The notes: generated by a model not told the origin, from the sequence alone. A DNA stretch of 63,411 nt, filler included, from Ministeria vibrans ATCC 50519 (GCA_943704425.1; 9 parts of 9 records of this genome joined end to end with filler, not necessarily neighbours in it); one strand, 5' to 3'. Numbered from the whole stretch's first letter, positions 39,894 through 57,017 are shown. Numbers and translations are program-made.

Positions 39894-42800
39894 TCACATC
39901 TTAAACTTCTTCAAGGCCTTCGCGCGACGCACTCGATCCTAAAAATTAAAAGCGTCCAGGAAAAAAAATTTCATTAACCGTGCACGTGTATTGTATACAC
40001 CTTACCAGCTCGGCAGCCATCTTTTGCTGTCTTGCCTTGTACTTTTGCTCATGCACGCGCAGCTGCGCCTCTCGCTCCATCTCCATCTGGCGCATGGACG
40101 TGCGTCGCGACACGCCCGAGCCCACACTCACCGCACTGGTGATGGGACGACGCGACCAACTCGATGTGCTGGCGCTGGTCGTGCTCGAGGCAGGCGTGAG
40201 GGGCGGCAGACGTCCGTCCGCCTCGGCCGCACGCGCAAGCATCAGGTTGAGGAACGGATCTCGCCCGTCAGGCGGCACCTCACCCCGGTGCTCGGCAAAG
40301 TACATGTCGGCACGCTGACGTTCGTCCTCGCTCACCGCACTTCCATCCAGATGCTCAAGACAACGTCCGTAAAAGGCAGCCGTGATGCGATAGAGCTGTT
40401 TGCGAGCGACGCCGTTGCCGTACAGAGTGAGCTCGGAGAGGGCTGTGAGACGCGCGAGGTGCTCACACTCGTTGAGGGACTGGATCTGGTTCATGCCTGC
40501 GTGCAGATTGGTAAGACGTGACAGGGCGTGCAAGTGAGCCAGGCTGCGCAGACGATTGTGCTCGAGGTGCAGCGCATCAAGCAAGGGCATCTCGGCAAAG
40601 GCAGTCTCGTCAATGACCCGCAGTTTGTTGTCATCCAGCACAATGTGGCGCATCTGTGCACAGCCCGAAAACGCATCGGTCAAATCCGAGATAGCATTGC
40701 TGCTGAGAAAGACGGAGCGCAGGGCGGGAAACTGGCCGAGACGGAGCACCGCCACATTGGTAATACGGTTGTGAGCCAGAAAGAGCACCTTGAGCGACGG
40801 CAAGGGTGGCACGGCACGAGACACCTGAGCCTGGCCCGTCAGCGTTTCAATACGATTGCCATTGAGACAGAGAACAACAAGCGACTCCAGGTGCACCAGA
40901 CCTCCCAGAGTGCTCAGATGATTCTTTTCAAGATTGAGCGAACGCAGTGCACTGTAGCGTGGCTCGGGGGCAATGAGCTGAGCGGCGCGCAGTCCCGCGT
41001 GAGCCAACGATAGCTCAGAGGGCATCGACGTTTCCTGTTGTTGTGCAAGGACTCCGTCGAGATAGTCGCGAGTCACGAGAGTTCCGTGCCGCTGACGAGC
41101 AAGTTGACTCTCGCGTGCGGTCACAAGCACACCATCGAGAACGGCCACACGCGCCAAACTGTACACAACAAAGGAGCGATACACATCTAACTCACCCATC
41201 TGTGTGCACATCGGGTTTCCCAACAGATCCAGCATGACCAGCGTGCGCGACAGTGGTTTCGCAAAAAACACCTGGCGCACATCATCAATGCGATTGCGTC
41301 CGGCATACAGCTCTTCTAGAACACGGGCGCCACTAATTCCCTCAAGCGAGCGAATGCGATTCCCTGTCACATTCAAACACACAAGCGATTCAAAGCAGAG
41401 CTCTTGATCCGTCGCGCCAGTCGACGTCTCACACGCAGGTACTGTACGGGTGATGTCATGATTGCCGGGAGTGCAAAGCCAGGCAAGCGAAGCAATGCGG
41501 TTGCGACTGGCGTGGATAGCGTAAAGATGCGGCAAGCGTGCAAGGGAGCCGAGTCGCGTGACACAATTGTCGTTGAGGACCAGGTGTTCAAGGTGAATGC
41601 ACGCAGCAAGAGGATCCACACGCCACAATTGATTGCCCGACAGGTCAAGGCGACGCAATGTCGATGCAAACATGCTCATGTCGCAAAGGCGACGGATGGG
41701 CACGGGACGACGTGCAGACGGTTGCGACAAGTCAAGTGTGGTCCGGCCAACGAGCCGGTCGCGTTCGAGTGACTCCTCCGTCAGCACGCCAAGATGTCGT
41801 ACACGCATTGCTTGTTCACGTGTCTCGTCACTCAAAATACACCCATCGAGCGAGCGTAAACGATCAAGTTTGTCCAGGAGACTCTGGGCAAACGCATCGG
41901 GATGAGATTGAAAATGGTTTCCGCGCGAGTCCAACTCGACAAGCAGAGGAGTCACTGAGCCCAGCGACTTGACCTCAAGTTCATCCTGGAGCTGGTTAAA
42001 GCTGATGTCGAGACACTCAAGCTGCGCGAGACCTCTCAGACCCGTCTTGGACGTGTGGACAAGCACTTGGATCTCATTAAAGGAAACCTAAGAGGAACAA
42101 AAAAAAAAAGGCAGCAGGGAACTGTGAATCTGCATAGAAATGCATGTCATCATTGTGTTTGGTACGTCAAGGGTTTTGAGGAAAGGCAAGTTGCAAATGT
42201 CATCGACGTTGACCAGGTGGTTGAAAGGGGCAGCAAGGGAGACGAGTGAAGGGAGCTGGTCGAGGCCGGGAATGTGGGTAAGACGACAGTGATTGAGGTA
42301 CAGGCGAGTGAGAGCGGCAAATGGCGGTTGGGGTCGCCAGTGACGAGGGGTGTGGGAGTCGATGGGGCACAGAGCAAACAGGGTTGTGTCCTCGTCGATA
42401 GGAGTTGGCCGCTCTACTATAAGTGAGCGCTCATGCAGAGGAGATTCTGCATGGGTGTCTAGAGCACTTGGTGTGAAGCGAATGTCAACAAAGAATTCAG
42501 GAAGGCAGAGGGCACTGTCAAAGTGGTAGACGTGTTTCCAGCGACAGGCGCAGCCGCCCGGGTTACTGTCGTGCGACTCGGGTGCACACGAGGGATCACG
42601 CTGGAGCACCGTGACAGCTTCATGGCCGGGGAAGTCGCGTGGATGTAGGGTGCTGGGACAGTCGGTGGTGAGGTAGGCGGGATTATGTGCAAAGAAACGC
42701 ACAAGGACAAGCGTTGCATAGAGGCCATCGGGACGGACTAGCCGTGATAGCGCTGAACGGGGCGTATGGTCAGGATCCCGCAGTCGGCCTGTAGCCTGGT

Positions 42801-44657
42801 CATGCGTGCCGGATTGGCCGACTGGGTACGTTGCGAGAATGACCGAGTTGGTCAAGGGAATGGCGTGTGAACGATCAAGTCCCGCTTTGGCGTGGGCGGC
42901 GGGAGTGCGTGGTCCACGTTCACTGGCACGTAGGTACTCGGAGTGCCAGGTGTTGCGGTCCGTGGTGGTGCCGAGGTCGGGTTCAACAGCAAACAAATAC
43001 TCGTGGCGACGACGCACTGCCGCCTCTTCTCGTGATCTGTGCGATGCAGTCGTTGTTGTCGACGATGCGCCAGCTTCTCGATTGCTTGACGTTGCTCGGA
43101 TGCCCATGCGGTGGCGAATCTGTGCATGAAATCGCCTCTCCAGCAGCTGATTGCGAACACGCGTGACCCGCTCGATGACCACGCCTGCCAGAGAGTGAGC
43201 TTGAAATGCCTCGGCGTCACACCGCGACTGTACAAGGCGGATACACATAGCAACCCACTCGGGGGGCACTCCACTACCTGGCAGAACGTGCTCCTCAAAG
43301 ACCAGATTTCCCCACGAGCGCATTTCAAGACGACGCCGCTCCACATTGAGTTGTTGGCGGTGCCACAAGTGCATCTCGTGTGAACATTGACGCTGCTCCA
43401 ATGCCGCTCGCTCTCGATGGCGCACAGCCATTCGTTTCTGCAGAGCAGAGTGTACTTCGACCAAGCGCAAGCGCGACGACATCAGCTCATCCTGCGTGAT
43501 ACGATCGCGACTAGTGGTGTGTTGATCATGATCTTGATTTGTCTCCGAGAGTTCGTAAAGACGCTGCTGGACCACTTTGATGTGTTCGGCGACCAGTCGA
43601 AGTTGGGTGTGGACGAGAGCGAGTGCCTCGTTTGAGGCACGTTCGCTCTCAATGAGGTCGAGACACTCGCGTTCCTGCACGACCACCCTCATGTTGTAGT
43701 AGTGGTCCTTTTCACGTGCCAAGGCGTCTACCGCATTGCGTAACGCGGCACCGCGTACGTCTTGGCCGTCGAGTTCGACAAGCGCCGGCATCAGATGAAT
43801 GGTGTGAGCAAGGTAGTTGCTCAGGGCGCAGACTGGGTTGTCGCCGTGCATAGGGTCGCTGAGCCAGAGCGAGCGCAGCTGCTGAAAGCGACGCAGCGCA
43901 AGCATGCTGGAGAAACTGACAATGCGGTTGGCAGCCAGATTGAGACTGGCGAGTGTGGGAAATTGCGCGAGCTGTGCTGTGCCCACCACTGAAATGCGAT
44001 TGCGCGCCACATTGAGCTCACACAGTTCGTGCATAGTCTCGACGCCCGCCAGGGACACCAGTTGATTGTCGTAGGCGAGGAGCACCTGAAGCCCGGTGAG
44101 AGGGGCAAGAGGTCGCAACGTGTTGATCGTATTGGAGTAGAGATAGAGTTTGCGCAGACGGTGGAGCGACGCGAGGGGAGTCACGTCGCGGACCCCACGA
44201 CACTCGCAAATCCACAGTTGCTCAAGCTGCGTGCACTGCTCGAGACCTTCGATTGCGCCAATCTCCTGCCCGACAATGCTGAGCTCAGTGAGGCCAGCGA
44301 AGCCTTCAAAAGCGCCCTTCATGGTGGGCAGATTGAAGAAGAACATTTCCAGTTTGCTGACGGCATCGCCTTTGCGCACAAACGTCGCGCGCGACAGGGA
44401 GTTTTCACTGCACACCTGACGCACATTTGAATTCGCGTCGTATAAGCGTTGTCTGGACACCTCGGCGGACGACTACGACACAGTTAAAGCGGTCAACCGA
44501 GCGAAAAAGTAATCGCAAAAGCGAAACAAACAGTGCAGACCTTGTCTTTGCTCTCGCGCTCGCGCTCGTCGTCAGGCAGTCCACTGGTTCTTTGCACTAG
44601 AGACTTGCTTGACTTGCCTTGACTCGACGTCGACGATCGCCTGGATCGTCTCGACAT
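39894..44657 (-). CDS. LRRC9: Leucine-rich repeat-containing protein 9 (cilium-associated); multi-exon
   Basis: LEMFFFNLPTM, LWICEC, SDS22-type LRR blocks with LRRcap motifs (NPVC...; YRSFVVYSL; YRITAAF), central region with VIERVTRVRNQLLERRF and LCLPEFFVD. Confidence 0.82.
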
Positions 44658-44909
44658 TGAGTGACAGTCACTCTGTTTGTGAGTTGCTGAGCGACCAACA
44701 ATGAGAAGCGATCAACGAGAAAGAGAGAGAGAAAGATAAAAAGTGACTTAGGTCTTATTAGGTCTAAGAGAAAGAGAAAGGCTCAAGAGTTAAGAGAGCG
44801 ATTTCTGAATGTAAACTAGTGTGTGTGCTTAAACAAACGTGTGTGAACGAACTTGCGTGAAATTTTGATCTTCCAAATCAACAAAATTAATTTATATAAT
44901 ATAAAAGGG

Positions 44910-45301
44910 ATGGCTCTGTGGCACACCGTGCTGGTCCTGCTTGCCGTTGGCGCGTCGTACACGCTGATCAAAGTCGACACGCACTTTTTTCGATGGGGAC
45001 TTCCTGAATATGGTACCCACTCACTCGCACTCTGTGGCAACCGCACAATCCGTGGGGCGTTTCCCTTGGCATGCGCGCCATGTGTAAGATCTTGTGGGAA
45101 CAGCGTGTTGACGCGCCTTGCGTTGTAGAGAAGCTCAACGAGCTGCACACAGCGCCGACCATTCCGGTTCTGCTGCGCTCCGACGGGCGCTCCCTCGCGT
45201 ACGAGACGTACGGGCCCGCCTACGGCTATCCCGTCTTCTACATGAATGACATTGGCATGTCTCGACGCGGCCCGGAGATATTCGCGCTCCCTAACTACCT
45301 G
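44910..45301 (+). CDS. Alpha/beta hydrolase with an N-terminal signal/anchor; 3' truncated
   Basis: MALWHTVLVLLAVGASY; DGRSLAYETYGPAYGYPVFY is a typical abhydrolase beta1-beta3 segment. Confidence 0.55.
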
Positions 45302-45464
45302 GTACGACGAGCAAATGCGTTTTTGGTTACTGTTCAACTGCGGTAACCTTTTTTTTTTTTTTTTNNNNNNNNNNNNNNNNNNNNNNNNNNNNNNNNNNNN
45401 NNNNNNNNTTAATTAATTAANNNNNNNNNNNNNNNNNNNNNNNNNNNNNNNNNNNNNNNNNNNN

Positions 45465-45778
45465 GAGCAGTACCGGTAGGAGATGATCGATCGACGTCGA
45501 CTGCCTCGACTCCCGCGATGCAAAGGGGTCGAGTCCATTTTGATGATCTCACAGCGAGCGCCTTGGAATCCGGCCGCACAGCGGCACTCTGCTATGCCAG
45601 ACTCGCTCATAGAACAGATTCCATTGTTCAGACACGATTGCGCGGCGTCGTGGCACGAGCGCGCTGTGGGAATGGGCAAATGCGATTGTATGAGATTTGA
45701 CGCGGGAATCGAAAAAACCTTACCAGTTGCTCCTGTGAGCGCTGTGACAACAAGCAGAATAAGGAGCAGGGATCGCAT
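45465..45778 (-). CDS. Secreted EGF-domain protein; 3' truncated
   Basis: Signal peptide MRSLLLILLVVTALTG; EGF CHDAAQSCLNNGICSMSESGIAECRCAAGFQGARCE. Confidence 0.7.
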
Positions 45779-46344
45779 GAAAAGTGTCACAGAAAATGGG
45801 TGGGGGTGACAGAGAGAGAAAAGAATGATTTGGAATGAAGTGAGTGGCGCTGTCCATCAGCGTCATTCCTCCATTTGCAAAATGCATCAATGCTGACGTC
45901 AATTGAATTCCTGCAGAGTCCGTCACTGCAACACGAAAGCGCCACCTCTCTGTCTCTACTCTTAAGCAGACCTTGAAGTAGCACCCTCAAAACCCCTTAT
46001 TCTTTAATGCACTCGAGAACTTTGATTGTTTCGCTCCGTTGCGCTGGGTTACCAATTATTGCCTTTTGAAGTATTTCTTTCTTTCATAATTCACACTCAC
46101 CTCCTGTTAATTAGATCGTACGTTTTTACTTATTTGGTATCTTAGGCTTTTGCAATCATTTCTCTTCATAATGCACGCGAGAGAGATGCCGCTCGCTGCA
46201 TCAGGGGCGGCTGCGCAGACCAGCACAGTCTGCTGCCGTGACTGCCAATCTGCCATTCGTTAGAATTTTCTTCTCCTTTTCTTGCTCTCTCTCTCTCTCT
46301 TTCTCTCTTCGTCTCCTCTCTCTTTACTGCCATCTCTACCCCGC

Positions 46345-48529
<2,185 letters not shown>

Positions 48530-48760
48530 CTAGCTCGGGAGAGCAGACCCTCTCAACGTTTGATTTTTTTTCAAAATTAATACAATATACAAAGAAATGT
48601 TTTTTTATTACGTCTTTATTAGTTAGCGGTTGATTGAAATAACGTTGTGCTGCTCTCCTTATTTTATCTTTTATTTTTATTTTGGTACTGATAGTTGATT
48701 GAGCATGTTGAACGTAAATTAAGTTTGTAGACTGATCTTAGTCATTTTACTATTTTTTTG

Positions 48761-50287
48761 ATGCACCCGAAAACACTGGCTGAGCTGTTTGTCGGCGCCA
48801 GCGGTGGTCGCCGCGTCCAGGACTATGCTCGCCTTGTGCGTCTTGTACCGTCGTTGGAGGCCTTTGTGAAGGAGCGGTGTGCGCCAGACGACAAAGGATT
48901 TGAACGGGTTGAGTTTGACTTTGAAAATGCCGATGCTGTTCGTGCGTTGCAGCAGGCGCTGCTCAAAGTCCACTACTCTCTCAACGTGTCCATGCCTACA
49001 TCGCGTCTCATGCCGACCGTCATCCTGCGCGTCAACTACATCCATTGGCTTGAGGATTTGCTTGCACCTCAGCCGAAACGCGTCTCGTCGTCGTCGTGCG
49101 TGCGTCGCGGGATCGACATTGGCACTGGTGCCACCTGCATCTACCCCTTGCTTGGCGCCCGTCTGTATCAGTGGCACTTCCTTGCGACCGAGGCCGACGA
49201 GGAGAGCTTTGGGCATGCACAGCGAAACGTCTCGCAGAACAGCGACGTTGCATCGCTCATTCATGTGCGGCGCGTCCACGACACCCAAGCACCCATCCTC
49301 TTGCCGCACGTCGACGCTTTCCACGCCCCACCCGAGGAATTACCCTCCTCCTCCTCCTCCTCGCCTCCGTGGTCCATCGACTTCACCATGTGCAATCCGC
49401 CGTTTTACGATACGCGCAACAAAGTTGCACTGGGTCGCGCACTCGGCATTGATCCCGAGCAACGCACACGTCATGTCACCACACCCGCGACAGGGATCCT
49501 AAGCGAGCTTGCGACACACGGCGGCGAAGTCTCATTTATCACTCGCATGATCAAAGAGAGTCTAGAGTTGGACACGCGCGTGTGCTGGTACACCAGTATG
49601 GTGGGCAAACGGTGTTCGTTGCGGCCACTCGACAAGGTGTTCCGTCGCCTTGGCATTGACTATGTGTGTTCGACTGAGTTTGCTCAGGGTACGGTGGTGC
49701 GCTATGCTGTTGCGTGGACACACAGTCGTGAAGTGTGGGATGCACTCGATGAGTCGTTGCGACGGCCCGTTTTGGCGTCGGCGAAAAAGCGGAATCACGA
49801 AGGAGGAGAAGAAGAAGAAGGTGAAGAAGGAGAAAAATCAACGGGGGTGCTTGTGGAGCAAGTGAGAAGCATTGGGGGATTAAAGCAGAGCAAAGCGGAA
49901 GTGATTGGGCGAGTGCGGTCACTGGTGTATACTGAACTGGGAGGGACACGCGAGTCAGAGGCAAATGATGGAGTGACGGTGAATGAGGATGAGGAGTGTG
50001 TACGAGTGCCGTTTGATGCGTGGAAACACGCGCGGCGCAAGAGGCGTGCACTTGCACGCACGACAGAAACACACCAACACGATGAAGCGAGCTCGTCAGC
50101 CGTTGTTCCGCTCCACTTGTCACTCTCTGTCGTGTGGACCGTTCAGTCAGATGCACCTGACGCAGGCTGTTTGCTCACTCTGAAAACGTCTCTTTTGTCA
50201 CGTTCAGCCGACTTTCAGACGCGCTCCAGTCAGTTTGCGCTCTTCGCGCGACATTGTGAACAGAGACTCAAAAGCAACACAACCTGA
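48761..50287 (+). CDS. METTL16: METTL16/RlmF-family RNA m6A methyltransferase; intronless
   Basis: RVNYIHWLEDLL, GIDIGTGATCIYPLLG, DFTMCNPPFY, GGEVSFITRMIKES, WYTSMVGK, TEFAQGTVVRYAVAW. Confidence 0.9.
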   Translation: MHPKTLAELFVGASGGRRVQDYARLVRLVPSLEAFVKERCAPDDKGFERVEFDFENADAVRALQQALLKVHYSLNVSMPTSRLMPTVILRVNYIHWLEDLLAPQPKRVSSSSCVRRGIDIGTGATCIYPLLGARLYQWHFLATEADEESFGHAQRNVSQNSDVASLIHVRRVHDTQAPILLPHVDAFHAPPEELPSSSSSSPPWSIDFTMCNPPFYDTRNKVALGRALGIDPEQRTRHVTTPATGILSELATHGGEVSFITRMIKESLELDTRVCWYTSMVGKRCSLRPLDKVFRRLGIDYVCSTEFAQGTVVRYAVAWTHSREVWDALDESLRRPVLASAKKRNHEGGEEEEGEEGEKSTGVLVEQVRSIGGLKQSKAEVIGRVRSLVYTELGGTRESEANDGVTVNEDEECVRVPFDAWKHARRKRRALARTTETHQHDEASSSAVVPLHLSLSVVWTVQSDAPDAGCLLTLKTSLLSRSADFQTRSSQFALFARHCEQRLKSNTT

Positions 50288-50335
50288 TATGTAACGAAAG
50301 AAACAAAAAAAAAAAATGTTGTACAACAAAAAAAG

Positions 50336-51133
50336 TCAGAGAATGTCCATTGTGCTCTCGCGATAAAGAGACGTGCGCGGCACTGCATCAGTCGGCACAC
50401 CAATAGCACGCATTTTCAATGCAATCTCAAACAAGTAGTCGAAGCACTCGCACATGGTCTTGGCCTTTTCCCACGACGGACCCCACACGTAGACGCCGTG
50501 ACGGCGCACGAGCACGGCGCTCGTTTCCGGGTAATCTATCATTGCTTGCTCCATGGACGCCGTGAGGTCCCGTTCGTCCGCCGTGTTTTCAATAATGGGC
50601 ACCGTCAGCGTGTCGTAAAAGCGCAGGTAGGCGCCGGTTGAGTCGTTGCGGATGCCCTTGATCATTTCCTGACAAGAGGGAGGCACAGTGGACATTAGTG
50701 CGTGTCTCATACCACTCATCTCATATGGCTCGCACCTGATGCGTGATTTTGAACTCCTTGTCAAACAGCAGCGTGACCATGACTGCATGCTGGCTGTGAG
50801 TGTGAATACAGGCGCCTGCGTTGCGCAATCGGTACGCATTGTAGAAAAGTGGTGTGCATTGCGACTTTTTCAACGCGCCTCGCTCGGGCGCCGGCGTCTC
50901 GACGTCATTGCCCTCGCGATCACTCACAAACAGATCTTCGGGCTCCATTCGCTCCTTCTGCACGCCCGATGGCGCAATGTAGATCTTGTCTCTGCGACGC
51001 GAGTGAGAAAACGTTCGGGCGATGTGAAAAGTGTTTACCCTTCTCTCACGGTGATCCCCCCGCCAGTGCCCGTCACCCATCCGAGGGTGTAAAACTGACG
51101 ACAAAGCTCAGGAATAAGGTCGCGGGCCGACAT
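50336..51133 (-). CDS. APIP: Methylthioribulose-1-phosphate dehydratase (APIP/MtnB/MDE1); 3 exons
   Basis: [70 protein letters not shown]. Confidence 0.95.
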
Positions 51134-51423
51134 CTGGACTCAATTTTTTTTTGAAAATTTGTGATCACTCCAGAACTGATCACTCAACTGAAGTAAGATG
51201 ACATTTTCAATTATTATTTTTTCTATTTCAATTGCTTTTCTTCGTCTGGACAAGTTGAACTCGGTCAATTTTCAAAATGTTGTAGTCAATACTGGCGAGG
51301 AGTGATTGGACGCGCGAGAAAAACAAACAAACGTACATTGATTCGGAAAAAGGAAAAAAAAAACATAATTGTACTTAAAGTGTGTGTGTGTGCGAGAGAG
51401 AGAGAAAAGAAGAGAGACGGGAC

Positions 51424-53231
<1,808 letters not shown>

Positions 53232-53518
53232 GTTTGAAGAATTGAAATGAAATTGGGTTTGAATACTTTTGAATACTTTTGATTCAACTCATTTATTTGG
53301 GTTTCTGACATATTAAAATTGATCGCTCGCCCAAATCCGTCCAGTGACCAGTCACAAATCTTACTACACAAACTTCTTATCCCTTTTTACCCTCCCCCCC
53401 CACCCCACGCGCACATCTTCGCCACCGCCCGCACCGCCCCGTGGCTCCGACGCGCTCTCGGACTGATATTGTGCCTTTCCCCCCTCTGATCAAAAACCAC
53501 TCACCCGTGCGCTTATTC

Positions 53519-54454
53519 ATGTCCGCTGCTCGACACGACGAGGACCGCCTGCGCGAGGCCAACGAGGCCAAGACGGCCCTCCAGCTGCAGCTCATGAGTC
53601 TTACCAAGAAGCTCAGTACGCCGCCGTCCCTTGTCTGTCGTCCAAATGGGCAAAACGACACAAAACAGAGAGAGAGAGAGAGAGCGAGAAAAAAAAAAAG
53701 AAAATCCAACAGACGAAAAAAGCAAAAACGACTGATTGTCAATGGTGTGCGCCGCATGTGTCGGCTGGAAACGGGGCGCATGCATGTTTCCGGGCGACAC
53801 GTGCCTCCGTGCGGCTGTGTGTGCTGTGTTCCACACATTCAGCTCACTTTTTTACCTTTTTGAAAAGAGTCTGTTTGCTTTCCTCTTTGTTTTCTGCTCC
53901 TCTGATGCTCTCCCGCCCCGTGCGATTGGCCCAGCCGGCACACCGTGGTCTTCTGCGCCCCCCCATCGCACGCGCTCCCCCTCTACACGCTGCGCTTTCT
54001 CCCAATTGGCGATAGTGTGTCGTCGTCTGATGCGTTTCCCTTTTCCTTCCGTGCGCCTCCACCAGTCCCCCGCCCGTCGCCCTCGCCCTCCACCCACCCC
54101 CTCCCATGCAGCGCAACCCTTCCTTCAATCCGGCTCTGTCACTCTTTTTATATTTTTGTTTTCTTCAACACACTAAAACGTTTTTGATTTTGTTTCTTTT
54201 TTTGTTATTTTTTTTTGCAGAGGCTACTGAGCGTGAGCTGCGCATGGAGCGTGGTGAGCTTGACGAGAGCGACCTGGCCGACCACACGCGGCGGCTGCAG
54301 ACGTTCAACCGGATGCGTGTGCGCAATTTGCTCTGTGGTGATGAAACGCTCACGATTGAGGAATTCATTGACGCCTTCAATGCGCTCTACGAAGAGACGA
54401 CGCGCCTCAACGTGCGCCAACGCAACGCGGACGTCACTAACTTTTTTAAAAAGT
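53519..54454 (+). CDS. N-terminus of a probable DMPK-family kinase (MRCK/ROCK/citron); 3' truncated
   Basis: LTIEEFIDAFNALYEETTRLNVRQRNADVTNFFKK resembles the helical N-terminal extension before the kinase domain in MRCK/citron/ROCK. The kinase domain is not in the window. Confidence 0.5.
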
Positions 54455-54479
54455 GTATGCGAGAGAAAGAGAGAAAGAG

Positions 54480-54586
<107 letters not shown>

Positions 54587-54806
54587 NNNNNNNNNNNNNN
54601 NNNNNNNNNNNNNNNNNNNNNNNNNNNNNNTTAATTAATTAANNNNNNNNNNNNNNNNNNNNNNNNNNNNNNNNNNNNNNNNNNNNTTCAGGACAAAGGT
54701 TGTTCTTTATTTGAGTGCATTGAAAATACCATTACTCTCTGTTGTATTATAATACATATACTCAATCCGAATGATAAAAGATACTGTTCTCTCAGACGAT
54801 TTCGAA

Positions 54807-56868
54807 TCAAAGAAGACAAATGACAGCTTCCTTGGCTAACGCGGACCCTGCAGCAGCCATGTTGGTCAGAGCGGCCAGGGCACCACTCTGTTGGATGGCC
54901 GACTTGTTGATACCATTGCCATTTGACAATCGGAGTAAGAGCCGAACAATGGTCTCTTTTGACTGATCGGGTGCACTCTCACTGTTCAGAAGAGCCACCG
55001 CTGCCTCAATCGCACCTGAGCATGCGATGGTCACTTGGGCGTCGTCGCTGAACGCCAGGTTCCTCAGCGCATCCGCGGCGAACTCCTTGGCGCTGTCGGT
55101 TCCACAGCGCAACACAGTAATCAGCGGTTCAATTGCACCTGCACGTGCAATAGTCACTTTGTTGTCGTCGTTGATGGCCAGGTTCCTCAGCGCACCCGCC
55201 ACCTTCTCCTTGACGCTGTCGGTTCCACTGCGCAACACAGCAATCAGCGGTTCAAGTGCACCTTCGCGTGCAATGGCCACTCTGTTGTCGTCGTTGGCAG
55301 CCAGGCTCCACAGTGCACCGGCTGCCGTCTCATTACCGCTGTCAGTTCCACTGCGTAACACAGCAATTAGCGGTTCAATTGCACCTGCGCGTGCAATGGT
55401 TACTTTGTTGTCGTCGTTGCCCGCCAGGTTCCACAGAGCACCCGCCGCGTTCTCCTTGGCGCTGTCAGTTCCATTGCGCAACACAGCAATCAGCGGTTCA
55501 ATCGCACCTGCGCGTGCAATGGTGACTTTGTTGTCGTCGTTGCAAGCCAGGCTCCCCAGGGCACCGGCCGCCTTCTCCTTGGCATTGTCGGTTCCACTAC
55601 GCAACGCAACAGTCAGCGGTTCAATTGCACCTGCGCGTGCAATGGTGACTTTGTTGTCGTCGTTGACGGCCAGGTTGGCAAGCGCATCCGCCGCGTTTTC
55701 CATAGCGCTGTCGGTTCCACTGCGCAACACAGCAATCAGCGGTTCAATTGCACCTGCGCGGGCAATGGCCACTTCATTGTCATCGTTGCCGGCCAAGTTG
55801 GACAGCGCACCCGCCGCGTTCCTCTTGACACTGTCGGATCCGCTACGCAACACAGCAATCAGCGGTTCAATTGCACCTGCGCGTACAATGGCCACTTCGT
55901 TGTCGTCGTTGACAGCCAAATTGAACAGCGCACCCGCCGCCTCCTCCTTGGCGCTGTCGGTTCCACCGCGCAACACAGCAATCAGTGGTTCAATTGCACC
56001 TGCGCGTACGATGGTCACTTCGTTGTCGTCGTTGACAGCGAGGTTCCCCAGAGCACCCGCGGCGTACTCCTTGGCGCTGTCGGTTCCACTGCGTAACACA
56101 GCAATCAGCGGTTGAATTGCACCTTCGCGTGCAATGGTCACTTGATTGTCCTCGTTGAAGGCCAAGACGGACAGCGCACCCGCGGCGTACTCTTGGGCGG
56201 TGTCGGTTCCACTGCGCAACACAGCAATCAGCGGTTCAATCGCACCTGCGCATGCAATTTCCACTTCATTGTCGTCGTTGCCGGCCAGGTTGGACAGCGC
56301 ACCCGCCGCCTCCTCCTTGACGCTGTCGGTTCCACTGCGCAACAACGCAATCAGCGGTTCAATTGCACCTGCGCGTGCAATGGCCACTTGGTTGTCGTCG
56401 TTGCCGGCCAGGTTCTTCAGCGCACCGACCGCCTTCTCCTTGACGTTGTCGGTTCCACTGCGCAATACAGCAATCAGCGGTTCAATCGCACCTGCGCGTG
56501 CAATGGCCACTTCATTGTCGTCGTTGACGGCCAGGTTCCGCAATGCACTCGCCGCCTTCTCCTTGGCGCCGTCGGTTCCATTGCGCAACACAGCAATCAG
56601 CGGTTCAATTGCACCTGCGCGTGCAATGGCCACTTTGTTGTCGTCGTTGACAGCCAGGTTCCCCAGGGCACCGGCGGCGTACTCCTTGGCGCTGTCGGTT
56701 CCATTGCGCAACACAGCAATCAGCGGTTCAATTGCACCTGCGCGTGCAATGGTGACTTGGTTGTCGTCGTTGACAGCCAGGTTCCACAGAGCACCCGCCG
56801 CGTTCTCCTTGGCGCTGTCGGTTCCATTGCGCAACACAGCAATCAGCGGTTCAATTGCACCTGCGCGT
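54807..56868 (-). CDS. Armadillo-repeat protein with at least 15 near-identical 41-aa (123-nt) repeats and a C-terminal cap; 5' truncated
   Basis: Consensus LRSGTDSAKExAAGALxNLAxNDDNxVxIARAGAIEPLIAV in an uninterrupted ORF. Confidence 0.92.
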
Positions 56869-56968
56869 NNNNNNNNNNNNNNNNNNNNNNNNNNNNNNNN
56901 NNNNNNNNNNNNTTAATTAATTAANNNNNNNNNNNNNNNNNNNNNNNNNNNNNNNNNNNNNNNNNNNN

Positions 56969-57017
<49 letters not shown>

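Noticed and set aside
54807-56868. Regular 123-nt repeats as a CRISPR-like or non-coding array
   Set aside because: There are no unique spacers, and the units are an in-frame multiple of 3 encoding armadillo repeats.
55027-56924. Long plus-strand ORFs opposite the ARM gene
   Set aside because: They are antisense shadows of a repetitive coding sequence.
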